DNA of 64,000 nt from Antedon mediterranea. Taxonomy: Eukaryota; Animalia; Echinodermata. Location: contig NC_092674.1 of NCBI RefSeq assembly GCF_964355755.1, positions 11,408,001 to 11,472,000 on the forward strand, in the 5' to 3' direction. The position numbers were made by a program, and so were the translations under genes. Each line of letters begins with the position of its first letter. Positions within the stretch are counted from its first letter, which is position 1. Shown in pieces: positions 49,178-62,800 of this stretch. Below the pieces are notes generated by a model. It had not been told where the DNA came from and ran no database searches. It saw nothing but the letters and a program-made list of their open reading frames with translations.

Positions 49178-49398
49178 CTTGTATGAGGTAACAAAATGTC
49201 AAAATAAAGTGAAAAGCTGGATTATTTACAAGATGCTGCTAAAATTTGACAATTGTTCAGCAGCAAAGTGGCAATGGTACAACCTTTCAGCTGTCAAGAA
49301 TGCATTTCATATTTAAAGGTTTATTTTCATCAAGAAGTGGTTCTTTTGATTTAATTCAATATTCCAATTTTAATAATATTGTGTTTCAGTCTATATAA

Positions 49399-50663
49399 GG
49401 CCAAATAAAAAAAAATACTTGTTAAGCGTCACACCCTCATAAATTTTCAGGGGCGGGGGGACGGTTTTTTTTTTTTTTTTTTTACTTTTTATGGAGGTAT
49501 AATTTTGCGCGATGGACGTTTTGGCCCACTTTTTTTTAGGACGAAACGTCAAACTTTTAAAATGCGAAACAGAACAAAATTGACTATGTATGAAATATTA
49601 TTGCCGATGACAAAATTGAGTTTTGTATTGTTTATATCCAGACGTAATTAAAACATTAAATTTAATTGCCACCGAGCGAAATTGTAGGCCCTAGGCTAAT
49701 CCGTCCAAGCTGCCACCCCCGCCTCACTCATCGGCGGCCATGGTCCGCCGTCTCTCGCTCGACTCATCTATCCAGGAAATTCCCTATCGCGAGAAGCATG
49801 ATGTTGGTCTCAATATTAATACTAAATTATAGTGGGCTGATTTTGAAAACAGCTTACGGCATTTCTTAAGTGAATTTTTATTCAACGTATTCATTCTTCT
49901 TTGATGAATCCGTTGCCAATTGCTGTGTAAATCAGTATTTAAAGTTGTGATGCGAAAAGTGTGTGTAATTATTCCACAGGTAAACCAGGCATAAGAAAAC
50001 GCATCGCCGGGCCCATCGCCCAACAGGACCCTCGTGGTGTGCCGATCTCGAGCGCGAGATCATCGTAAACAAAATTGGTAGTCCATTATGTATGGGGTGT
50101 TTCCTATTTACGAACCTATAAAAAACGCGTTTCGACCACTGTGTAGGCAAAATATTTATTTCAGTAATCCCTAAATTGATAATCGTGTATTCTATCACGT
50201 GACTGATGATGTAATCCTCAGCGACGTACTAAATGCACGTGATTTAATGTGTTGGGGAAAAAGCTTGCTGTTTACCACACATGATTCGCGGTGCTATTCG
50301 CGTTTCCTTGACGTAAATCGGCGGCGTGTAAATGAAACAATTGTTTTCACCAAATTGCCGTTGTCGACATAGAGCGATCGGTGGCTAGCTAGCGTGGCTA
50401 AGCTAAGAAGTACGTATTTTTCAAAAATTACACCAGCCTAGCAAACATTTGCTAGTTTTGAAATTTTCAACTAGCAATTATAAAGAATCTACTAGCAAAA
50501 TGCTAGTTTGCTAGCGTGAATTTTGAGCCCTGCTCTGGAGCTGGGCCGGGCCGCTAAACTTTCCGTTGTATATGGGTAAAAAAAAAAAAAAAATAAAAAG
50601 AGAGGCGGCTGGATAATCAGGAGCGGGCGGTGACGCTTAACAAGTATGTTTTTTTATTTGGCC
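49399..50663. mobile_element. PIF/Harbinger-like MITE
   Basis: TAA|GGCCAAATAAAAAAAAATACTTGTTAAGCGTCAC...GTGACGCTTAACAAGTATGTTTTTTTATTTGGCC|TAA (3-bp TWA TSD). Contains an hAT-like end (...gagccctg, ~50532). Confidence 0.8.
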
Positions 50664-51507
50664 TAATATTTCCCACAATTGTGCGTACACTTCACTGTTG
50701 GCATTTTGTATTTCTATACTATTTAAAATGAATCTATAATGTGAGTGTGTAGAACTTTATATTTGATTCACATGAATTAAAGTTTTAGACACAAGTCTCC
50801 AATCTGTTAACGTTTAAATTATCATTTTGCATAAATATAATCGTTTAGGAAATTTGAGTCACTACCTGCAAGTAATATTCACCAGTTATTGAAAACTGTT
50901 AGAATTAAACAATTGAACAAGACTTAACTTTAAAGTTAAAGTTTGGTTGTGGTTCTATACTGTCCTATAGAGCCGTTGTGTCTGAGCATTTCCTCAATAA
51001 TCTTCTTTCTCAGTGAAATCAAAATCAAATTATTTTATGCCAATACCAATTATGTCCACGATCTTTTCAAGATCGTGTGATTTTCTTTCGCCAGGAATAT
51101 CACTAATAGATTCTTCAAGACTGTAGAGAGTCCACAAAAATCACAGTTAAGGGCCTTATGCTTTCATTATACTAAGAATTTACAATCTGAAGGAACATGA
51201 ATTACACTGGAAAAAGAATTAGTAGATCCAACACTGTTGCACTCTTCACTTTCACTTCCTGTGTGTGTAATGTGCATTTAATTAGTATCCTTTTAAACCA
51301 TTGTTTTCATTCAAACATTCATGGATTTATATGGAAATTAAGTTGGTAACATCAACAACAAAAAATTAAATTTACCTTCAATTTTGTACATTAAAAACAT
51401 TTGAACATTTTTTTCAACTTTTGGCAGCGACATAAAAATAGTTTCTTTTTGTAATCCAAGTATCTCTTGTTCCCATTGATGAGAGTGGTTGGTTAGGATT
51501 GGTATTG

Positions 51508-52262
51508 TCATAGAGATGTCATGGTCCCAGAATCCTGGATGTAGGTGATATTGCAGCAAGTCTCTAAGATAATGATTTCTAATTTATTGATACAAAGGTC
51601 ATTTTTTACCTTGTAAGTGAAACCACCATTTTTATTTATGTATACAGCAACCCCACTCCCTTTCCTATTTCGATCATTTCTAAAAATGTCAAAATCTTTT
51701 ATAGCGACATCATTATCGGTAATATAATTATCAAGGCGAGTTTCATTTAGACATAAAATATCAATACAATTATTTTCCATTAAATATTTGATTTCTTCAA
51801 AATTTTCTGGTAAAGTTACTCCATTTAAACTAGCAATATTTTTTTGTCAAATACATTGCAATTTTCTGTTAAGATATTTGAAGTTTTGAAAGCATTTAGG
51901 TCTAAGCATAGAGATATTATAATATCTCTATGGTCTAAGCTATTGTTGCACAGTTCTGGGTCAATGGTTTCCTTTGTTTCATGTAATGAGTGCTTATTAT
52001 TTCTGGTGTTTTGTTCTTCTTTGTTTTCCTGAACTTCCTGTTTGGAGCAATTGTAAATAAAATCTTGGGAAAATTTATTATCTGCTTTGCTAACTTCTGT
52101 TGAAATTAAGAAAATATCTATATTCAGGCTATTTTTGGCAAAACTTTCTTTGCCATACAGTGCAGATACAATATCTTGAAAGTGGGATGCAATTTCAAAA
52201 GCATCAAAATTAACGTCACTGCAATCATTTGTACCTGTATGCAAGACTACACTTTCCACATG
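51508..52262 (-). mobile_element. CR1/L2-clade LINE remnant (ORF1 SGNH esterase and ORF2 AP-endonuclease fragments)
   Basis: VVLHTGTND (GxND block) and IDILCLNETRLD...DIFRNDRNRKGSGVAVYI. Confidence 0.85.
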
Positions 52263-52380
52263 GCTTAAGGTCTAGATTTGCCAGCTCCATTCCTAGTTGA
52301 GTTATCACAGCCACTCTCATTGTAATAACTGATGTATCTTGAAATCCTCATGTTTTTATATGTTTCAACATAGTTTCCTA

Positions 52381-54092
52381 TTAAGTTTTTTCTATGAAGC
52401 AGTTTTTAGAGGTTGATTTTGCATTCCTGTTTTTATAGCTTTCTGTTTGCTTCTCAACGTTTTTAGGTTCATTGATTATATTTTCCTTTTGTTGGAGTTG
52501 CTCCCAGCGCTGCTTTTTGATTTGCGTCATTTTGTTCTTGTAATGCTCTTGAATGTTAGGGGCATGAGCTCTAGCTTGCTCCATGTAGATGGCTTTCGTT
52601 GAACTATCTAAATTGTCAAGACACTGATGTGTACCATTATTGGCCCACATAATAAGTGTTTCTAATTTGATTACTCGAGCAGATGGTTTCTCCGTTACAA
52701 GAAAATCTAGCCAGGCAAAATCTCTTTCTCCGATCATGTTGGTAGAAGGGACATTGGCATAAGCAGCTTCCATTTCATTGGATGGAGCCCAGTACCTGCC
52801 ACCTGGAAGTTGGTCCTTGCATTGCCGTTCCAGGATGAGTAGGATATGCCACAGCACATCAACTCCACAGCTTGTTGGCACATTGCATGTAGTTCTGGAT
52901 CTGTGCATTCAGCGAAAAGACAAGCATAAATTTCATCTTTTACTATAATGTGCTCATTCATTGCACAATCTCCCTTCAGTAGAGCAGAAGCATCGTCCTT
53001 CCATTTTATCAAATTTAATGGGAGGTCATGCAATGGCTTATTCAGTGAGAATATGTTCTCTGCACATTTAGTTACATGCCACAATGGCTCTGTAATTGTT
53101 TTCCCAACGCTCTAAGTTCCGACAGGTGTATTTTTTCTTGGGCATTTTCACTGACAGCCTTCAGAAGACAATTAGGTTCTGGCAGATGAGCAACAAAGTT
53201 TGTGATGCGAGTCAAATGGTAGTATGTGGCAGCTGCGCCTTCGAACAATATACTTGCACAATTTCCTTCTGAACATTTTGAGACTAAAATTGACTTGCTG
53301 CGACCAGGGGTTGCCAAGATACAAGTACCTATTTACATGTGTTCATATAACCCTTGACGCTGACCCTTTGACCTTTTGTAATATTTTTCAATATGTGTAA
53401 CAAATAACAACATGTATTCGAACAATTTAAGACCAAATTCAAGTGTCTACGACCAGTAGTTATAGAGATACATACGGTTGTGGGTCAAAGGTCAGAAATG
53501 GCATTTCTGGTCATTTTTGACTAAAATGTCCCCATTAGACTAAATATAAATGTATACCTTCTGATCAATTTGAGACCAAAATTACCTTGCTGTGACCATT
53601 TTCAAAATTTGTAACCAAGCCAAAAATGATTGTTTGACCATCCTAAACCAATTTCTGTCAGTCAGATTCTCTTCAATGTGCATACGAAAAGTTGATCTAG
53701 CTACTAGAGTATGTATTTTGATAGTGCTGATTCTAAACCTGCAAATAACTTAATTTGATGATTAAATGCATACATTATATACATTTTTAATGGCGGCCAT
53801 CTTGGAATCCAATATGGCTGCCATATGCTATTATTATAAATTGTTCCATCGGACTGATTTATCATAATCTTGTAAGATTTGTCACACAAATTACGTTCGT
53901 ACGTGGTTTAAAATAGGAGCTATTATCAGTTTTTGAGTAAAAAATGGGGATTTTGAAATCCAAGATGGCGGCCAAAATAGGGTCGGGAAAAATTGACCCC
54001 CAGTTGCAATGAATTCTACTAGTCCTAAGGATTCCAAAACTGCCAAGAACTCAACATTATAATCTCACGGAATTACATTAGGTTGCCCACTA
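52381..54092 (-). mobile_element. Frameshifted DDE-transposase remnant (hAT-like C-terminal motif) with adjacent subterminal-type sequence
   Basis: Three overlapping ORFs with ILFEGAAATYY, ELRALG and PSTNMIGERDF. 53330-54092 has tgacc/gatggcggcc repeats and ends in a TAGTGGGC-type terminus. Superfamily uncertain. Confidence 0.55.
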
Positions 54093-54322
54093 TTAGGTTT
54101 GTGGGAGTAGCAGCATGTGATCTGTTTTTCTTTAGCTTGTGTTGAACAGTGAAAGTCTTATTTCTGTCCACTTTTCATACTATTTCATGATTCGCCTAGA
54201 CACTCAAAAAGAGTTATTCAGTTCAATTGGTGATGTTGATAAGGATGTGTTTACTGGATACGTCAAAGAGTCATTTTCATTTCTAAACATTTAATTTTCT
54301 TTCAGTAGGGCTTCTAAGGATT

Positions 54323-54730
54323 TCACTTGTTTGAGAAAAGCAAGGCACTCTGATTAGCTGTTCTTCTTTCTCTGTACTTTCTCTTCATTGGTGGTGGCTG
54401 TTGACCTAACACGGCAGCACGTGTCATTCGTTGTGTGGCAGCTTGTTCTTCCTTCATTTCCATGATGAATTCATAGACATTCGGGTGACATTTTCCTATA
54501 GCGAGTGCGAATCCGTTATGCCAACCTTCCAGCATGTTGTTGGTTCGGGTGTTTTCTTCATGTACATTCCACATAGCGATGGGAAAAGAACCATTCAACC
54601 AGGTATCACTGAAATACTGTAGAAGATCGGGAACACCAGGATGATTTGCAGCGGGTATTTGGTTGACTGTGTAGGTAAAGAGGTTGCGAACAACCATCCA
54701 CATAGCCAGTCGGCAAACTGGAGTCGGCAA
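54323..54730 (-). mobile_element. MULE transposase C-terminal fragment (second copy at 60131-60538)
   Basis: YFSDTWL...WNVH...RTNNMLEGWHN...HPNVYEFI is the typical animal MULE catalytic-E region. Confidence 0.85.
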
Positions 54731-55089
54731 ACTGGCCTAGACCCAAGTGATCCGTTTACCATATGAATATTTACAAATAAAATGCAGGCATCAAGCATAA
54801 ATTGAATGTTTACCATATGAATATTTACAAATAAAATGCCATGACATTATACAGTAAACATAAATTAGCTTTACAAAAAAAAAATTGTTTCATTGCCCAA
54901 TTAAAATCTACTATTGTGCTGGTTGATAGCCTGGCTTTTCTGTGGTACTGGAGCTATGTTTACAGGCAATGGTGGTAGAGTACTATAAGGCAGAGATTGT
55001 CCATTACGCTTGTATTCAACAACTTTGTCCATCAACAAAGAAACAAATGAATAATTATTTTTTTCGTAGACTGGACGAACAGACCATCA

Positions 55090-55275
55090 TTCTGTTAATC
55101 GGTTTAATGTCCAAATGAGCCCTTCTTTCTCCATCGCACCAGAATTTTTTACCTCACTCACCTGTATTAGTTCAAAGTCTAGAATTGTACCAGTTTCCTG
55201 CTCCATTAAAGGTATATGTACAAAACTTGGCATTGTAGCCAGGAGAATCACATCTCCCATCTCCCGAAAGTTTAA
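55090..55275 (-). mobile_element. Kolobok-type transposase fragment (second copy at ~60900-61085)
   Basis: Across a frameshift it reads GDGRCDSPGYNAKFCTYT/LMEQETGTILDFELIQVSEVKNSGAMEKEGL. Confidence 0.65.
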
Positions 55276-55599
55276 GTCTCTTATCTTTGGTTGGCTGGAA
55301 GAGGTACTTGTTTTAAGTATATTGGATTTTCTTTGTTTAGGTCTTGCATTTTTCATGCTGCACCTTGTTTGAATTGGGGTGGATGACATTTGGCATAATG
55401 CACTGTTGAATGCTGTCAAAGTAGCTTTCATCATCGCTGTCGCTGTCATAATGGTTAGAAACAAAGCTAAAAGCTAGGCTTAGGTCATCCATCTTGAAAT
55501 AAGCAGACAAAGCTTGCTCAGGATGTACAATAAAACAGTTCCAATTATGCTTAAAGACAATAGACAGAGGTCTAGGAAATGTTGATTAAAGCTGTTTAA

Positions 55600-56030
55600 A
55601 AAAATTGCCCGCTGTTACCTTTATTTGAGGAATATATCTGGAAGTTGATTCGTTAACTATGTCGTCTGTTGCTATGAACAATGTTTCCTTGAAATAGGTG
55701 GTAGGGGTTGCAATAAAGTCATTAATAATATGACAAAGCTCTCCTGATGATGACAAAACCTTTATTTGAGAAAAATATCTGGAAATCCACTAAAGCAGTG
55801 CTTTCAAGCTGATTCGTTAACTGTGTCGTCTGTTGCTATGAACAATGTTTCCTTGAAATAGGTGGTAGGGGTCGCAATAAAGTCATTAATAATATGACAA
55901 AGCTCTTGTGCTGATGAAAAAATTGCCCTTTGTTATCTTTATTTGAGGAAAATATCTGGAAATCCACTAAAGCTGTGCTTGCAAGTTGATTTGTTAACTA
56001 TTTCGTCTGTTTCTATGAACAATGTTTCCT
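55600..56030. repeat. Three imperfect tandem units of ~150-175 bp (also at 61400-61850)
   Basis: Repeated gttacctttatttgag...gattcgttaactatgtcgtctgttgctatgaacaatgtttcc. Confidence 0.85.
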
Positions 56031-56435
56031 CTGAATAATGATTTGTGGTTTGTTAATTACCCGCTCAAATAGTATGGGTAGGTCAGAAATCTGTTGGCCC
56101 TGTCTGCCTGCAATAACCACAGTATCGTATCTGTTGGACGAAATTGGGTGACAACCAGACGTTGTGAGGTTCATATGCTGAACCTCAACAATTTCTTTGA
56201 CCACTATAGTTACCCCATTTACTATGTTCGATCGCGAGTCAACCATATATTGAACCTCGTCTTTTCCCATAGTTTCCACTTTTAACCTAAACACTCGTGC
56301 AAGGCAGCCATATGCTGAAGCTCTGGAACCATATACACCATTTCCCACTTCTACTTGACCACTCCGCGAGGCAACCATCTGTTGAACCTCTCGATCTACC
56401 CTTAGTAAAGCCGTAGTAGGGACAGTCACGTCCAT

Positions 56436-56766
56436 TTAAGTGAAAACGACTGCCCATGATTTCCATCTACCTAAATCTTGAATGTCATTCTCTGCCACAC
56501 CCTGAGACGCCGCCTCGGTCGCCGCCCCAATTCTGAAACCTTGTATCTGGCAGGATCTAGATCTACAAAAGAGGGCCGACTTTTTATTTAAACATGAGCA
56601 CATATTTCTGTACACACCGGACGGTACAAATATCACTTCCAGGAGTTGAAGCAAGGGAGAGCACAACCGGGGGCCTACCCGTAGACGTTTTGGAATAGTG
56701 CACCATCACGCACAACCCCTTCTGAAAGAGTCGCGTCCAAAAAGCTAAATTTAAAAAAAAAGTCAC
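56436..56766 (-). mobile_element. Tyrosine recombinase fragment of a DIRS/Ngaro-type retroelement (second copy at 62284-62600)
   Basis: SKT motif, then GFRIGAATEAASQGVAENDIQDLGRWKS (HSFRIGAAT...GRW.S consensus). Confidence 0.85.
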
Positions 56767-57799
56767 ACATAATAATATATATTATGGTGATCAAAAGCAC
56801 ACGCATGTATCAACATGCCAGATGGGAGAATACATTGTATGAGAGGGCAAGGGAATATTGTCTTTATCCAATTAGATCATACACATAATTATGCTTCTTA
56901 AGTAATTTAGAACAGATATACAGGCGTACTTTTACGCCTGCTTCAAAAATGTTATCTAGCTTCCAATCTTCGTTATCTATAACATTTGCACGATAATCTG
57001 CTAAATGAAATTTGATCAAGTTTCCAAATATGGAATTTCTATTTTGAAAGAAAATGTTTTGTACCCAACTTAATCATATTCTTGAATCGTTGAATATCTG
57101 TTGGGCGTACGGTTACAATTAGCCACTTCCAGGCTGAGCTAATTGCTCAACCATCTCCCAGTGCAGATCCATTAACATTTGAAGTAGCAGGAACATCCTT
57201 GGTAGAATTCTTGCTAGGCCTATCCCTAGTTGGTTTGCCACCTTCTGGCGGGCCACTTGTAAGGCCATGCCGACTGTAAACAAAATGGTTACCTAGCTGT
57301 ATTAGAAAATAAATCCTTGAAAATCTCAATATTCAAAGTAGAATGATTGCAATCTTTGTCCAATCCGCCCGGCAAGCAGGTATTAAAGTAGCACAGTGAT
57401 CCAAAAGTTTTCAAAATGAACAAATTTTAAGTAGAAAATGAAGTATTTTTTGTAGACAATTTCTAGTACAAATCCACACAGTCAGATGACCTCTAACATT
57501 GAATGAACAAAATGTGTTTCCAAGTAGAATCTCAGGGTACTTGCCATAATTGTTGATGTAAGGATACAATGAAGTAAAATATATTCAATTTCCTTGCCTC
57601 TTAAAATTAGAGACATAGTGCAGGCTTCCAGTAATAAAAATATAGTCATTAAGCATCATTAAAAAATACTCTTCATAATCACATTCCCATTTAAGAAACA
57701 TTTTGAAAAGATATGTTTTGTTGAGCAATACCATTTTGGAAAGTACAGCAATAACCGATCTGTAAAGTGAAAGTTTCTGTATTTATTGAGTGTCTATAA

Positions 57800-58880
57800 G
57801 TTTACCCTGAGCCAGCAGTTTCTGTTGTATCCTTTAATTTTGTCTTTGTATACAAACAACAATTTGCATTTGAACTGTGACATTCGTTTAGTAGTGTATT
57901 TATATTTGTTTAGTGACTTAAATGTCAGCACATTGTGTGTTAACACCAGCTATAACTGTGTGTTCTGGAAGTTGTGGATGATATTGACATTCAGGGTTCC
58001 CAACGGCATACATGCTTTGCGTTTGTGTGTCTTAATGTGGAATAGGTCTACCACAAACTTGAGATTTACCAATTGGTCAGCTGCTCCTGCGTTCCCCTTT
58101 CAGGAATGAATGTAGCTCACAGACTCTGTCATAACAATTTCAATAGTGCCAGCTTTTCTGTTGTAGAACCTATCAATATTTTCTTTTTTTTGCAACCAAC
58201 ATGAACCGACTCAATCAATCAATAAATTTATTTCTCAAATAAAAACAAAAATACAGTTACATTTTCTAGAAATAATAAATAATAAATGAGAAAAATGGTA
58301 CCCCACTGGAAGCTTAAGCCTTAAAATGTGGGGTCCAGGCAACATGTTTAAAATTAAGGTAAGGTAAGATATATATATAATTATATGATAATGAACAAAA
58401 AAGACATTTAACTTAACAAATGCAGTTATAATTTAACTTAAGAGAGATATATTATTAACTTAAACAATAATAGTAGAAACAAGGTATTCATGTAATTTGA
58501 ACTTAAATGAAGATATAAAATTAATAATTTTGAGTTCTTCAGGTAAAGAATTCCATATTTGTGGTCCTTGAAAAGATATATCATGCTTGCCAACCTCCTT
58601 ACCATCACACCCTCAAGACATCATTTTTGAGAGGAATATCCTGTGTACTTGAAGTATACTTTGAACATCCAGCAGTTGTGCATTTGTGATGTTGGTGCAC
58701 TACACATGGGTCATCTCAGTTTCTCTTTGCCATCTATACTCGCATATCCTTGTGAACATCCAGCAGTTGTGTATTTGTGATGTTGGTGCACTACACATGG
58801 GTCATCTCAGTTTCTCTTTGCCATCTATACTCGCATATCCTTGTGAACATCCAGCAATTGTGCATTTGTGATGTATCCAC
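57800..58880 (-). mobile_element. Degenerate KDZ (Kyakuja-Dileera-Zisupton)-type transposase, interrupted by a LINE tail
   Basis: Manual minus-strand reading gives HKCTIAGCSQGYASIDGKEKLR*PMCSAP (92-bp tandem duplicate, 58660-58875), GCKK.ENIDRFYNRKAG and KFVVDLFH...CMP..NPECQYHP.LP....AGVNTQCA...FKSLNKYK...RM. Confidence 0.6.
58210..58582 (-). mobile_element. 5'-truncated CR1/L2 LINE 3' end
   Basis: Minus strand ISFQGPQIWNSLPEELK....SFKFKL (ORF2 C-terminus), followed by a 3' UTR and an (ATTG)n tail. Confidence 0.75.
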
Positions 58881-59644
58881 TGTGTAAATAGGGAAAGCAA
58901 AAGTTAGTAACAATATTGTTGTATTTGGTTAAATGTATACAAAATATGTGTAACAAAAATCAATACAATTACAATACAATTTATTTCTTTGATGAAAGAA
59001 TGTTCTTTCAACCTTAAAAAATAACTAAACACATCAACAGAAAGATTAAAGTCAAATACTCTTGAATTGAAGAGTTCAGTAGTAAAAACTCCTGTATTGC
59101 TATGTCTTATGTTGCTATAATATCTACAATTGGGAACATAAAAATATCCAAATCTTTACAAGTGAAATTGCACCTGCAAAACTGCAAATGAAACTGTTTT
59201 TCCACACTATTGGCCTCTTCTCCGGCAATTTCGAAGTGTATCTATTTTTTGCACATTAAATGCTATCAGCAGAACTGCCATTTTGCATTTTGAATACAGC
59301 TTTAATTAACACTCGTGACGTTGCCTGAAATCACATAACGTGCAGTTGTCACTTTTGCAAGGGTATCATAAGTGAGACATCTCACATACCTACTGTTCTA
59401 GTAGGACATTCAGCTGGCGTACAGTGCAGTGTAGTTTTTTTCCATCTTCATGGTTTTGTGTTTGCATTCCAAGACTAACTTTGTATGAATGAACAAAATT
59501 AGTTTCCAAGTAGACTCCCAATATGACCTACAGGGTACTCGATGTACTTGTTGACGTAAGGGTACAATGAGGTGAAATATATATTTCCTTGTCTCTCTTA
59601 GTGAGTTTGTGGCATAAGTGCAGCTGCCAGAAATCGAGACATTT

Positions 59645-59893
59645 TGGCAAATGGTCGTTCAGTGTAGTGGCAAATGGTTATATTCAAATGGTTGGTCGGT
59701 CTGTCTAGTGGCAAATGGTCAGTGAATCTAATGGCAAATGATCGGTCAGTGTAGTGCCAAATGGTCGGTCAGTGTAGTGGCAAATGGTCGACCAGTCTAG
59801 TGGTAAATTGTCAGTGAATCTAATGGCAAATGATCGGTCAATGTAGTGGCAAATGATCGGTCAGTCTAGTACCAAATTTCAGCGAATCTAATG
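59645..59893. repeat. Minisatellite of ~23-24-bp degenerate units (gtggcaaatggtcggtcagtgta)
   Basis: About ten imperfect tandem copies directly abutting the duplication junction. Confidence 0.85.
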
Positions 59894-62800
59894 GCCCACT
59901 ATTAGGTTTGTGGGAGTAGCAGCATGTGATCTGTTTTTCTTTAGCTTGTGGTGAACAGTGAAAGTCTTATTTCTGTCCACTTTCCATACTATTTCATGAT
60001 TTGCCTAGACACTCAAAGAGTTTATTCAGTTCAATTGGTGATGTTGATAAGGATGTGTTTACTGGATACGTCAAAGAGTCATTTTGATTTCTAAACATTT
60101 AATTTTCTTTCAGTAGGGCTTCTAAGGATTTCACTTGTTTGAGAAAAGCAAGGCACTCTGATTAGCTGTTCTTCTTTCTCTGTACTTTCTCTTTATTGGT
60201 GGTGGCTGTTGACCTAACACGGCAGCACGTATGATTCGTTGTGTGGCAGCTTGTTCTTCCTTCATTTCCATGATGAATTCATAGACATTTGGGTGACATT
60301 TTCCTATAGCGAGTGCGAATCCGTTATGCCAACCTTCCAGCATGTTGTTGGTTCGGCTGTCTTCTTCATGTACATTCCACATAGCGATGGGAAAAGAACC
60401 ATTCAACCAGGTATCACTGAAATACTGTAGAAGATCGGGAACACCAGGATGATTTGCAGCGGGTATTTGGTTGACTGTGTAGGTAAAGAGGTTGCGAACA
60501 ACCATCCACATAGCCAGTCGGCAAACTGGAGTCGGCAAACTGGCCTAGACCCAAGTGATCCGTTTACCATATGAATATTTACAAATAAAATGCAGGCATC
60601 AAGCATAAATTGAATGTCTACCATATGAATATTTACAAATAAAATGCCATGACATTATACAGTAAACATAAATTAGCTTTACAAAAAAAAAATTGTTTCA
60701 TTGCCCAATTAAAATCTACTATTGTGCTGGTTGATAGCCTGGCTTTTCTGTGGTACTGGAGCTATGTTTACAGGCAATGGTGGTAGACTACTATATAAGG
60801 CAGAGATTGTCCATTACGCTTGTATTCAACAACTTTGTCCATCAACAAAGAAACAAATGAATAATTCTTTTTTTCGTAGACTGGACGAACAGACCATCAT
60901 TCTGTTAATCGGTTTAATGTCCGAATGAGCCCTTCTTTTTCCATCGCACCAGAATTTTTTACCTCACTCACCTGTATTAGTTCAAAGTCCAGAATTGTAC
61001 CAGTTTCCTGCTCCATTAAGGTATATGTACAAAACTTGGCATTGTAGCCAGGAGAATCACATCTCCCATCTCCCGAAAGTTTAAGTCTCTTATCTTTGGT
61101 TGGCTGGAAGAGGTACTTGTTTTAAGTATATTGGATTTTCTTTGTTGAGGTCTTGCATTTTTCCTGCTGCACCTTGTTTGAATTGGGGTGGATGACATTT
61201 GGCGTAATGCACTGTTGAATGCTGTTAAAGTAGCTTTCATCATCGCTGTCACTGTCATAGTGGTTAGAAACAAAGCTAAAAGCTAGGCTTAGGTCATCCA
61301 TCTTGAAATAAGCAAACAAAGCTTGCTCAGGATGTACAATAAAACCAATTATGCTTAAAGACAATAGACAGAGGCCTAGGAAATGTTGATTAAAGCTGTT
61401 AAAAAAATTGCCCGCTGTTACCTTTATTTGAGGAATATATATGGAAGTTGATTCGTTAACTATGTCGTCTGTTGCTATGAACAATGTTTCCTTGAAATAG
61501 GTGGTAGGGGTCGCAATAAAGTCATTAATAATATGACAAAGCTCTTCTGCTGATGAAAAAATTGCCCTTTGTTACCTTTATTTGAGAAAAATATCTGGAA
61601 ATCCACTCAAGCAGTGCTTTCAAGCTGATTCGTTAACTATGTCGTCTGTTGCTATGAACAATGTTTCCTTGAAATAGGTGGTAGGGGTCGCAATAAAGTC
61701 ATTAATAATATGACAAAGCTCTTGTGCTGATGAAAAAATTGCCCTTTGTTACCTTTATTTGAGGAAAATATCTGGAAATCCACTAAAGCTGACGTGCTTT
61801 CAAGCTGATTTGTTAACTATTTCGTCTGTTTCTATGAACAATGTTTCCTCTGAATAATGATTTGTGGTTTGTTAATTAGCCGCTCAAATAGTATGGGTAG
61901 GTCAGAAGTCTGTTGGCCCTGTCTGCCTGCAATAACCACAGTATCGTATCTGTTGGATGAAATTGGGTGACAACCAGACGTTGTGAGGTTCATATGCTGA
62001 ACCTCAACAATTTCTTTGACCACTATAGTTACCCCATTTACTATGTTCGATCGCGAGTCAACCATATATTGAACCTCGTCTTTTCCCATAGTTCCCACTT
62101 TTAACCTAAACACTTGTGCGAGGCAGCCATATGCTGAACCTCTGGAACCATATACACCATTTCCCACTTCTACTTGACCACTCCGCGAGGCAACCATCTG
62201 TTGAACCTCTCAATCTACCCTTAGTAAAGCCGTAGTAGGGACAGTCACATGCTGGACCCCTGTGTTATGTTCCCCTAACCCATTTAAGCGAAAACGACTG
62301 CCCGTGATCTCCATCTACCTAAATCTTGAATTTCATTCTCTGCCACACCCTGAGACGCCGACTCGCTCGCCGCCCCAATTCTAAAACCTTGTATCTGGCA
62401 GGATCTAGATCTACAAAAGAGGGCCGACTTTGTATTTAAACATGAGCACATATTCCTGTACACACCGGACGGTACAAATATCACTTCCAGGAGTTGAAGC
62501 AAGGGAGAGCACAACCGGGGGCCTACCCGTAGACGTTTTGGAATAGTGCACAACCCCTCTTCTGAAACAGTCGCGTCCAAAAAGCTAAATTAAAACAAAA
62601 AAGTCACACATAATAATATATATTATGCTGATCAAAAGCACACGCATGTATCAACATGCCAGGTGGGAGAATACATTGTATGGGAGGGCAAGGGAATATT
62701 GTCTTTATCCAATTAGATCATACACATAATTATGCTTCTTACCTTTATAAGTAATTTAGAACAGATATACAGGCGTACTTTTACGCCTGCTTCAAAAATG

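Larger units (their letters stand above)
54085..57348. repeat. Copy 1 of a ~3.3-kb near-identical direct duplication
   Basis: Colinear with 59894-63197, differing by scattered substitutions and small indels. Confidence 0.95.

Noticed and set aside
59645-59893. Repeat-spacer-like gtggcaaatggtc array
   Set aside because: The intervening sequences are variants of one unit, so this is an ordinary degenerate minisatellite.
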